Positions 56,333 through 64,000 of a stretch of 64,000 nt of DNA are shown in pieces (positions within the stretch are counted from its first letter, which is position 1; each line of letters begins with the position of its first letter). The translations under genes and the position numbers were made by a program. A model generated the notes under the pieces. The model was not told the origin of the DNA. It saw only the letters and a list, made by a program, of their open reading frames with translations, and searched no databases. The DNA comes from Bacteroidales bacterium (GTDB taxonomy: Bacteria; Bacteroidota; Bacteroidia; Bacteroidales; Muribaculaceae): the NCBI GenBank assembly GCA_015061055.1, contig SUXH01000006.1:60923-124922 (forward strand). Direction: 5' to 3'.

Positions 56333-58156
56333 ATGAGCATACCATTAAGAAGTTCGATATCGATGAACGGTCGCCGAATGGCAGGAGCACGCGCTTTGTG
56401 GCGCGCAAACGGAATGAAGGTAGAACAAATGGGTAAACCGGTGATTGCTATAGTGAATTCATTTACACAATTTGTTCCCGGTCATACACATCTTCATGAA
56501 GTGGGCCAGTATGTAAAAAGTGAGATAGAGAAGTTGGGCTGTTTTGCTGCCGAATTCAATACCATTGCTATTGATGATGGTATTGCAATGGGACACGAAG
56601 GTATGTTATATTCATTGCCATCACGCGATTTGATAGCTGATAGTGTGGAATATATGGTAAATGCACATTGCGCCGATGCGATGGTGTGCATAAGTAATTG
56701 TGATAAGATTACTCCCGGAATGATGATGGCAGCAATGCGTCTGAATATCCCAACTATTTTTGTGAGTGGCGGACCAATGGAAGCCGGTTGGCTCGGTCGT
56801 CGTGCGCTTGACTTGATTGATGTGATGATTGATTCGGCCGACCCTACGGTAGATGATACCACTGTGTCTAAACTTGAAGAATTGGGTTGTCCTACTTGTG
56901 GTAGCTGTTCGGGAATGTTTACGGCAAATAGTATGAATTGCTTGAATGAAGCAATAGGTCTTGCTTTGCCCGGAAATGGAACAATCCTTTCCACTCATGA
57001 AAATCGTCGAGAATTGTTCCGTAAGGCAGCATTGCAAATAGTGGAGAATTGTCGTAAATATTATGAGGAAGAGGACGAAAGTGTTCTTCCACGCAGTATT
57101 GCTACTCGTGAGGCAATGTTGAATGCTATGTCGCTCGATATCGCAATGGGTGGTAGTACCAATACAGTGTTGCACTTGCTTGCTGTGGCTAATGAGGCAG
57201 GAGCCGATTTTACGATGAAAGATATCGATGCTTTGAGCCGAAAGACACCGGTGTTGTGTAAGGTAGCTCCTAATGGTCATTATCACGTACAAGATGTGAA
57301 TCGTGCCGGTGGTATTATGTCGATTATGTATCAACTTGCAATACAAGGACTGCTTGATACTGAGGTGAAACGAGTAGACGGTCTTACACTTGGTGAAGCT
57401 ATCGAGAATTATGCTATCGAAGGCAAGAAGTTTGGCGATGAAGTGAAAAAGTTGTGGCTTAGCGCACCTTGCAATGTGAGAAACATTAAGTTTGCGTCGC
57501 AAGCTAATTATTATAAGGAACTCGATGTCGATAGAACTGCCGGATGTATAAGAAATTTTGAACACGCATACGTGAAAGATGGTGGAATTGCTGTGCTTTA
57601 TGGAAATATTGCTCAAGATGGTTGTGTAGTAAAGACTGCCGGAGTAGATGAAAGTATTTTCCATTTTGAAGGAACAGCAAAAGTGTTTGAGTCGCAAGAT
57701 GATGCAGTAGAAGGTATATTGGGCGATAAGGTGCAAGCAGGCGATGTTGTGGTAATCACACACGAAGGTCCTAAGGGTGGCCCGGGTATGCAAGAGATGC
57801 TTTATCCAACTTCTTATATAAAATCAAAACACTTAGGTAAAGCGTGTGCGTTGATTACAGACGGACGTTTCTCCGGGGGTACATCAGGTTTGTCAATAGG
57901 ACATATCTCTCCCGAAGCTGCATCAGGAGGAAGTATAGGTCTTGTGCAAGATGGCGATGTAATTGTTATAGATATTCCTTCTCGCAGTATCAACGTGAAA
58001 TTGAGCGATGAAGAGCTTGCTGCTCGTCGTGCTGAAGAAGAAAAACGAGGTAAAGACGCATTTACGCCTAAATATCGTAACCGAGTAGTATCGAAAGCAC
58101 TAAAAGCATATGCATCAATGGTAACATCTGCCGACAAGGGGGGTGTGCGTGAGTAA
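56333..58156 (+). CDS. ilvD: dihydroxy-acid dehydratase
   Basis: 607 aa; CDKITPGM and SGGP motifs. Confidence 0.95.
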   Translation: MSIPLRSSISMNGRRMAGARALWRANGMKVEQMGKPVIAIVNSFTQFVPGHTHLHEVGQYVKSEIEKLGCFAAEFNTIAIDDGIAMGHEGMLYSLPSRDLIADSVEYMVNAHCADAMVCISNCDKITPGMMMAAMRLNIPTIFVSGGPMEAGWLGRRALDLIDVMIDSADPTVDDTTVSKLEELGCPTCGSCSGMFTANSMNCLNEAIGLALPGNGTILSTHENRRELFRKAALQIVENCRKYYEEEDESVLPRSIATREAMLNAMSLDIAMGGSTNTVLHLLAVANEAGADFTMKDIDALSRKTPVLCKVAPNGHYHVQDVNRAGGIMSIMYQLAIQGLLDTEVKRVDGLTLGEAIENYAIEGKKFGDEVKKLWLSAPCNVRNIKFASQANYYKELDVDRTAGCIRNFEHAYVKDGGIAVLYGNIAQDGCVVKTAGVDESIFHFEGTAKVFESQDDAVEGILGDKVQAGDVVVITHEGPKGGPGMQEMLYPTSYIKSKHLGKACALITDGRFSGGTSGLSIGHISPEAASGGSIGLVQDGDVIVIDIPSRSINVKLSDEELAARRAEEEKRGKDAFTPKYRNRVVSKALKAYASMVTSADKGGVRE

Positions 58157-58189
58157 AATCAAATAAGAATAATAATTAAGAATAGATAT

Positions 58190-59914
58190 ATGAGTGAAAA
58201 GATAACAGGTGCAGAAGCGATGCTCAGAGCTATTGAAGCAGAGGGCGTGGATACGATATTCGGTTATCCCGGCGGAGCAATAATTCCGGTATTTGATCGC
58301 CTATATGATCATGGAAGCAAGTTAAAACACATCTTGGTTCGCCATGAACAAGGGGCTACTCATGCAGCGCAAGGGTATGCACGAGTGAGCGGAAAAACCG
58401 GAGTGGTGATAGTGACTTCGGGTCCCGGAGCAACAAATGCAATTACCGGTATTAGTGATGCTATGATGGATAGTACACCAATGGTGGTGATTATGGGACA
58501 AGTGTCGAGCGAATCGTTGGGTAGTGATGCTTTTCAAGAAACTGACGTAATCGGTATCACTCAGCCTGTAACAAAATGGAGTCATCAGATACGATCTGTT
58601 GAAGAGATTGCATGGGCAGTGTCGCGAGCATTCTATATAGCTTCTACCGGTCGTCCAGGTCCTGTTGTCCTTGACTTTGCCAAAAATGCGCAAAATGAAC
58701 TTGTGGAATGGGATAATGATTATAAGAAATGTAAGTTTATTCGTAGTTATATACCTTATCCTGAGGTTAAAGAAGAAGACGTGGATGTAGTAGCCGAAAT
58801 CATCAATGCAGCAGAACGTCCATTGATAATTTCAGGACACGGAGTTATGATTGCAGAAGCTGAAAAAGAACTTGTCGCATTTGCCGAAAAGGCAGATATC
58901 CCTGTGTCGACAACGTTGCTTGGATTGTCAACTATCCCGACAACACATCCACTTAATAAAGGTATGCTCGGAATGCACGGAAATGTAGCACCCAATATGG
59001 CAACAAATCGTTGCGACGTGATGATTGCGATAGGAATGCGCTTTGATGACCGCGTAACGGGTGATGTGAACGAATTTGCTAAACAGGCGAAGATTGTTCA
59101 TATAGATATCGATGAGTCGGAATTTAATAAGAACGTGAAGGCTGATGCAACTATTCACGGTGACGCAAAGACCGTACTTGAGATGCTTTTACCTAAGATA
59201 AACGAAACGAAACATAGCGAATGGCTTGCAAGTTTTGAGTATGATGAAGAATTGGAACGCACCAAAGTAATTAATAAAGAGGTGTATCCAAAAGAAGGCG
59301 ACTTGAAGATGGGTGAAGTGGTGAATAAGGTATCGGAAATGGCAGGTGACAGTGCAGTGCTTGTAACCGATGTGGGACAGAATCAAATGATGTCGTCGAG
59401 ATATTTTCAATATGGAGCTCCTAAAGGAATTGTAACATCCGGAGGTCTTGGAACGATGGGATTCGGTTTGCCTGCAGCAATTGGAGCCAAGATTGGAGCG
59501 CCGGAGCGTCCGGTGTGTTTCTTCGTGGGCGATGGAGGTATTCAAATGACGATAGAAGAGCTTGGTGTTATATTGCAATATGGCGTGGCTGTAAAAATTA
59601 TCATATTGAATAATAATTTCTTAGGAATGGTGCGCCAATGGCAAGATATCTTTTATAAGAAGCGTTATTCACAAACTCCAATGGTAAATCCTGACTTTGT
59701 AACTATAGCAAAGGCTTACGCAATTCCAGCAGAAGATGTTACCGAACGTTCGCAATTAGATGCTGCTATTGACCGAATGATGAAATATGAAGGTGCGTAT
59801 GTATTGAATGTGAAGGTGGAAACCGAAGGGTATGTATTCCCAATGGTTCCGGCAGGAAGCACTATGCTTAACACTATATTGGCGCCGGGAGAAAAGTATC
59901 AACCTGAAAACTGA
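58190..59914 (+). CDS. ilvB: acetolactate synthase, large (catalytic) subunit
   Basis: 574 aa; TPP-binding GGLGTMGFGLPAAIGA ... GDGG. Confidence 0.95.
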   Translation: MSEKITGAEAMLRAIEAEGVDTIFGYPGGAIIPVFDRLYDHGSKLKHILVRHEQGATHAAQGYARVSGKTGVVIVTSGPGATNAITGISDAMMDSTPMVVIMGQVSSESLGSDAFQETDVIGITQPVTKWSHQIRSVEEIAWAVSRAFYIASTGRPGPVVLDFAKNAQNELVEWDNDYKKCKFIRSYIPYPEVKEEDVDVVAEIINAAERPLIISGHGVMIAEAEKELVAFAEKADIPVSTTLLGLSTIPTTHPLNKGMLGMHGNVAPNMATNRCDVMIAIGMRFDDRVTGDVNEFAKQAKIVHIDIDESEFNKNVKADATIHGDAKTVLEMLLPKINETKHSEWLASFEYDEELERTKVINKEVYPKEGDLKMGEVVNKVSEMAGDSAVLVTDVGQNQMMSSRYFQYGAPKGIVTSGGLGTMGFGLPAAIGAKIGAPERPVCFFVGDGGIQMTIEELGVILQYGVAVKIIILNNNFLGMVRQWQDIFYKKRYSQTPMVNPDFVTIAKAYAIPAEDVTERSQLDAAIDRMMKYEGAYVLNVKVETEGYVFPMVPAGSTMLNTILAPGEKYQPEN

Positions 59915-60471
59915 TGAAAGATATGGAAGAAAAACAATTATACACAGTAACTATATTCTCGGAAAATCGAGTGGGGCTCCTAAATCAGATTTCAATTATT
60001 TACACTCGTAGAAAATTGAATATAGAGAGTCTTTCCGTTTCGCCTTCGTCAATAAAAGGTATACATAAGTTTACAATTACTTCGTATAGCGATCGTGAGA
60101 CTATAGAAAAACTTGTAAAACAAGTTGAAAAACGAATAGGTGTGTTGAAATCATTTTTCTACACCGATGATGAAATTATCTATCAAGAAATTGCTCTTTA
60201 TAAAGTGCCAACAAGCAATCTTATAGAAGAACCAAATCTCGAAAAGATAATAAGAAAATATAATGCACGCATTCTTGAAATGGCTAAGGATTATACAATT
60301 CTTGAAAAAACCGGTCATCCGGAAGAGACTGAATCTCTATTTGAAGAGTTGAAACGTCATGATATACGTCAATTTGTGCGAAGTGGTCGTGTAGCTGTTA
60401 CAAAAGATATTAACGAATATGTAACAATGTTCCTTGAAGAAAGAAGATTAAAAAAGGAGACGTTGATCTGA
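59914..60471 (+). CDS. ilvN: acetolactate synthase small (regulatory) subunit
   Basis: ACT domain (ENRVGLLNQIS). TGATG overlap with ilvB. Confidence 0.85.
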   Translation: MKDMEEKQLYTVTIFSENRVGLLNQISIIYTRRKLNIESLSVSPSSIKGIHKFTITSYSDRETIEKLVKQVEKRIGVLKSFFYTDDEIIYQEIALYKVPTSNLIEEPNLEKIIRKYNARILEMAKDYTILEKTGHPEETESLFEELKRHDIRQFVRSGRVAVTKDINEYVTMFLEERRLKKETLI

Positions 60472-61223
60472 TGGAAAACTTAAAATTATATACTCATGAA
60501 TTCTTTATGACGGCAGGAGAGTGTACTCCCCAAAAAGAAATGCCGTTGCCATTGCTTGTGTCCCGATTGATAGAGGTAGCCACCGAACATGCTAATATAT
60601 GGGGCGTGGGATATGCTAAACTGAAAGAGCTGAATCAAGCTTGGGTGCTTTCAAGAGTAACGATAGAAATGACAGGTTATCCACGAGTGAATGAGAGTTA
60701 TACTATACGTACATGGGTGGAAGGTTATAATCGATATTTTTCACAACGTAATTTTGAAATCGTTAATTCGAATGGTGATACTCTCGGATATGCTCGTACT
60801 ATATGGCTTGTAATTGATAGTGAGAAACGTGAAATGGTGGATATCTCCAATCTTAGCTATGTGATAAGCAATATTTATGACAAAGATTGTCCGATAGAGC
60901 CTCAATCAAGATTGAAGCCTTTAGTAGAAGGAAGGGTGAGACAACATAGATTCCTATATACAGATACCGATATAAATTGTCATGTAAATAGTGTCCGTTA
61001 TGTGGAAGCATTGCTCAATCAGTGGGATTTGGAACACTATGATAAGTATATGGTGAAACGCTTTGAAATAGCATATGTGAAAGAATGTTATGGAGAATGT
61101 GGCTATGAAGTGACAGTGAACGAAGACGAAGAACTTGACGCAAAGCTTGAAATATCTAAGCTGGTAGGTGATGGTAGGTATGAAATAAATTGTCGAGCAA
61201 GAATAGTTTTTGAGAACAGATGA
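60471..61223 (+). CDS. acyl-[acyl-carrier-protein] thioesterase family protein
   Basis: 250 aa with a double hot-dog pattern (..NQAWVLSRVTIEM.. / ..DINCHVNSVRYVEA..). TGATG overlap with ilvN. Confidence 0.7.
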   Translation: MENLKLYTHEFFMTAGECTPQKEMPLPLLVSRLIEVATEHANIWGVGYAKLKELNQAWVLSRVTIEMTGYPRVNESYTIRTWVEGYNRYFSQRNFEIVNSNGDTLGYARTIWLVIDSEKREMVDISNLSYVISNIYDKDCPIEPQSRLKPLVEGRVRQHRFLYTDTDINCHVNSVRYVEALLNQWDLEHYDKYMVKRFEIAYVKECYGECGYEVTVNEDEELDAKLEISKLVGDGRYEINCRARIVFENR

Positions 61224-61269
61224 TAATAATTAATAATTAACTAATATATAAAACTAAAATTTATTTATT

Positions 61270-62316
61270 ATGGCAGTAATGAATTTTGGCGGGGTAGAAG
61301 AAAATGTAATGACCCGCGAAGAATTTCCATTGGAAAAAGCAAGAGAAATTTTGAAAGATGAAACAATTGCAGTAATTGGATATGGAGTGCAAGGTCCGGG
61401 TCAAAGTATGAACCTTCGCGATAATGGCTTTAATGTAATTGTTGGACAACGTAAAAACAGTAAGAGCTGGGATAAGGCTGTAGCTGACGGTTGGGTACCC
61501 GGTGAAACACTTTTTGAAATTGAAGAGGCTGCTGAACGTGCAACTATCATTGAGTATTTGCTATCGGACGCTGCGCAAATTGCAGTATGGCCTGATTTGA
61601 AGAAGCACTTGACTCCAGGTAAGGCTCTTTATTTCTCACATGGTTTCGGTATCACATATAAGGAAAGAACAGGTATTGTACCTCCTGCTGATATCGATGT
61701 AATCTTGGTTGCTCCAAAGGGCTCGGGTACATCATTGCGTACAATGTTCCTACAAGGAAGAGGATTGAATTCAAGTTATGCAATTTTCCAAGATGCAACA
61801 GGCCGTGCAAAGGATCGTTGCTTGGCTCTTGGTATTGGTGTAGGTTCGGGTTATTTGTTTGAAACTACATTTAAGCGTGAGGTATATAGCGATTTGACAG
61901 GTGAACGTGGTACATTGATGGGTGCAATTCAAGGTCTTCTTCTTGCACAATATGAAGTGCTTCGTGAAAATGGTCATACTCCATCGGAAGCATTTAATGA
62001 AACCGTTGAAGAGCTTACACAATCTCTTATGCCACTTTTTGCAGAAAAGGGTATGGATTGGATGTATGCAAATTGCTCAACAACAGCTCAACGTGGTGCG
62101 CTTGACTGGATGGGTCCATTCCATGATGCTACAAAGCCTGTATTTGCAAAACTATATAGCGAAGTGGCTTGCGGAAATGAAGCTCAACGTTCGATTGATA
62201 CAAACAGTCAGCCTGACTATCGTGAAAAGTTGAATGAAGAATTGAAGGCATTGCGTGAAAGCGAAATGTGGCGTACAGGAGAAGTTGTTCGCCGTCTTCG
62301 TCCTGAAAACAACTAA
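61270..62316 (+). CDS. ilvC: ketol-acid reductoisomerase
   Basis: GYGVQGPGQSMNLRDNG Rossmann motif; 348 aa. Confidence 0.95.
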   Translation: MAVMNFGGVEENVMTREEFPLEKAREILKDETIAVIGYGVQGPGQSMNLRDNGFNVIVGQRKNSKSWDKAVADGWVPGETLFEIEEAAERATIIEYLLSDAAQIAVWPDLKKHLTPGKALYFSHGFGITYKERTGIVPPADIDVILVAPKGSGTSLRTMFLQGRGLNSSYAIFQDATGRAKDRCLALGIGVGSGYLFETTFKREVYSDLTGERGTLMGAIQGLLLAQYEVLRENGHTPSEAFNETVEELTQSLMPLFAEKGMDWMYANCSTTAQRGALDWMGPFHDATKPVFAKLYSEVACGNEAQRSIDTNSQPDYREKLNEELKALRESEMWRTGEVVRRLRPENN

Positions 62317-62341
62317 TAGTAAGACTGAAATTGATGTTTTT

Positions 62342-62378
62342 CGGTGGGCAAACATTGAGTTTGCTCACCGTTCTTTTT
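62342..62378 (+). terminator. intrinsic terminator of the ilv operon
   Basis: ggtgggcaaa / tttgctcacc form a 10-bp stem (one G-U), followed by ttcttttt. Confidence 0.75.
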
Positions 62379-62537
62379 CTAAATTGTTTGCGATTTGTTG
62401 TTGTGATTTTTAGTTTTGGAAAACTTTTTTCTAATTTGTAAAAATTAAAATGCAGATAATCAATCGAATAGAAAAAAATGTTGATAACTTTATGGAAAAT
62501 AAAATTAAAATAGTTGTGTGTTATGGTTCTTTCTTCA

Positions 62538-62545
62538 TATATTTG
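62538..62545 (+). promoter_or_regulatory. Bacteroides-type -7 box (TAtaTTTG) upstream of the RNR gene
   Basis: tatatttg lies 37 nt upstream of ATG 62582. Confidence 0.4.
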
Positions 62546-62581
62546 TAGTCGCAAATGAAAAACAAATAGCAAACTATACTA

Positions 62582-64000
62582 ATGGAACAACAGAGTTATA
62601 CTTACGAACAAGCTTACGAAGCTTCTTTAAAGTATTTTGAAGGAGATGAACTTGCTGCGCGTGTGTGGGCGAGCAAGTATGCGTTAAAAGATTCTTTCGG
62701 GAATCATTTTGAGTTGACACCAGACGATATGCATCGCCGTATCGCTCGTGAAATTGCTCGAATTGAAAAGAAGTACCAAAACCCGATGAGTGAAGATGAA
62801 GTTTTTGATTTGATTAAAAACTTCAGATATATTGTACCTCAAGGCAGTCCAATGTCGGGAATTGGAAATGAATATCAGGTGGGATCATTGTCTAATTGTT
62901 TTGTGATTGGACTTGATGGAACCCCCGATTCATATGGTGGTATTATAAAGATTGATGAAGAGCAAGTTCAATTGATGAAGCGCCGAGGTGGTGTGGGACA
63001 TGACTTGTCGCACATTCGTCCAAAAGGTTCTCCTGTGAAAAACTCTGCATTGACATCAACTGGTTTGGTTCCATTTATGGAACGATTCTCAAACTCTACA
63101 CGTGAAGTAGCTCAAGATGGACGTCGTGGAGCTTTGATGCTGAGTGTAAGTATTAAGCACCCTGATTCAGAGGCATTCATTGATGCAAAGATGACCGAAG
63201 GAAAAATTACCGGAGCAAATGTGTCGGTGAGGATTGATGATGATTTTATGAGGGCAGCTGTGAATGGAGAACAGTATGTTCAACAATATCCTATTGATGC
63301 AGTAGAACCTAAATATAAAAAGGAAATAGATGCAGCTACGTTGTGGAACAAGATTATTCACAATGCTTGGAAAAGTGCTGAACCGGGTGTGCTATTTTGG
63401 GATACTATTACTCGTGAATCAGTCCCTGATTGTTATGCCGACTTAGGCTTTAAGACTATTTCAACCAATCCTTGTGGAGAAATTCCATTATGTCCTTACG
63501 ATAGCTGTCGCCTTCTTGCGATTAATCTATATTCTTACGTCGTGAATCCATTTACAAAGGATGCATATTTCGATTATGAGTTGTTTAAGGCTCACGTAGC
63601 AGCAGCACAACGTATTATGGATGATATTATCGATCTTGAAATGGAAAAAATCGATAAAATTATCGCAAAAATTGAAACTGACCCGGAAACAGAAGAAGTT
63701 AAAAAGACTGAACGTCATTTGTGGGAAAAAATCCGCACAAAAACACTTAAGGGACGTCGTACCGGTGTGGGAACAACAGCCGAAGGTGATATGATTGCCG
63801 CAATGGGATTGACTTATGGAACAGAAGAAGCTACTGCATTCTCGGAAAATATTCACAAGACACTTGCAGTGGCTGCTTATGGTTCGTCGGTAAATCTTGC
63901 AAAGGAACGTGGAGCATTTGAAGTGTTTGATGCTGAACGTGAAAAAAATAATCCATTCATATCTCGTATCAGAGAAGCTGCACCTGAGGTGTATGAAGAA
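62582..64000 (+). CDS. nrdJ: adenosylcobalamin-dependent (class II) ribonucleotide reductase; 3' end runs off the window
   Basis: Absent from the ORF track because it has no stop in the window. My translation is MEQQSYTYEQAYEASLKYFEGDELAARVWASKYALKD..., with LSNCFV and the active-site block STNPCGEIPL. Confidence 0.85.
   Translation, partial: MEQQSYTYEQAYEASLKYFEGDELAARVWASKYALKDSFGNHFELTPDDMHRRIAREIARIEKKYQNPMSEDEVFDLIKNFRYIVPQGSPMSGIGNEYQVGSLSNCFVIGLDGTPDSYGGIIKIDEEQVQLMKRRGGVGHDLSHIRPKGSPVKNSALTSTGLVPFMERFSNSTREVAQDGRRGALMLSVSIKHPDSEAFIDAKMTEGKITGANVSVRIDDDFMRAAVNGEQYVQQYPIDAVEPKYKKEIDAATLWNKIIHNAWKSAEPGVLFWDTITRESVPDCYADLGFKTISTNPCGEIPLCPYDSCRLLAINLYSYVVNPFTKDAYFDYELFKAHVAAAQRIMDDIIDLEMEKIDKIIAKIETDPETEEVKKTERHLWEKIRTKTLKGRRTGVGTTAEGDMIAAMGLTYGTEEATAFSENIHKTLAVAAYGSSVNLAKERGAFEVFDAEREKNNPFISRIREAAPEVYEE

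Noticed and set aside
56621-57793. 390-aa ORF on the minus strand
   Set aside because: It lies entirely antisense to ilvD, whose identity is unambiguous. Its composition is odd (rich in Cys, His and Ile) and it has no motif, so it is a shadow ORF. The same reasoning applies to other antisense ORFs in the track, for example 4358-4753, 12071-12409, 24499-24996, 54183-54725, 58322-58693 and 62129-62572.
62317-62581. Cobalamin riboswitch or NrdR boxes upstream of the B12-dependent class II RNR
   Set aside because: After the ilvC terminator the region is AT-rich with no B12 box or GC-rich helices. I could not recognise an NrdR-box palindrome. Only a -7 promoter box is supported.
1-64000. CRISPR arrays, tRNA or rRNA genes, integrases, transposases, inverted-repeat-bounded mobile elements, toxin-antitoxin or restriction/defence genes
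   Set aside because: I found none on reading the intergenic regions and the ORF translations. The only sizeable DNA repeats are the intragenic 507-bp units (15139-16659) and the 12-nt Cys-codon periodicity. tRNA scanning by eye is weak, so tRNAscan-SE should confirm.

Overview
This 64-kb window looks like a Bacteroidales (Bacteroidota) chromosomal segment. Supporting signs are TAnnTTTG -7 promoter boxes, a T9SS C-terminal sorting domain, GldH, DUF4494 and a Rho with a long N-terminal low-complexity insertion. Most of it is housekeeping: rng, hup, tkt, purT, rsgA, zapA, rny, pheS, tilS, rho, aroC, ettA, def, ruvX, an ilvD-ilvB-ilvN-thioesterase-ilvC operon and a class II RNR. I saw no rRNA, tRNA, CRISPR array, integrase or transposase.

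Three regions stand out:
- **47.0-52.7 kb (main finding).** One operon encodes a Big_2/Fn3-like lipoprotein and two extremely Cys-rich proteins with a Cys at every 4th residue and twin-arginine (Tat-like) N-termini. It also encodes a radical SAM/SPASM maturase, a paralogue that keeps only the SPASM-like cluster, and a 90-aa partner. A ~300-nt GC-rich, apparently structured leader RNA precedes it, and a fossil 5' end of a second maturase gene lies between the two Cys-rich genes. It resembles the computationally defined 'CXXX-repeat' radical SAM target systems. As far as I know these have no known chemistry or function.
- **9.2-16.8 kb.** A cell-envelope cluster: an OmpA-domain protein, a 984-aa coiled-coil lipoprotein, an OmpA-type porin and a T9SS cargo protein with three tandem 507-bp repeats.
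- **56.1-56.3 kb.** A 25-codon leader peptide rich in Val, Ile and Leu, with terminator and antiterminator hairpins, upstream of ilvD.

All product calls rest on motifs read from the supplied translations. No database search was possible.
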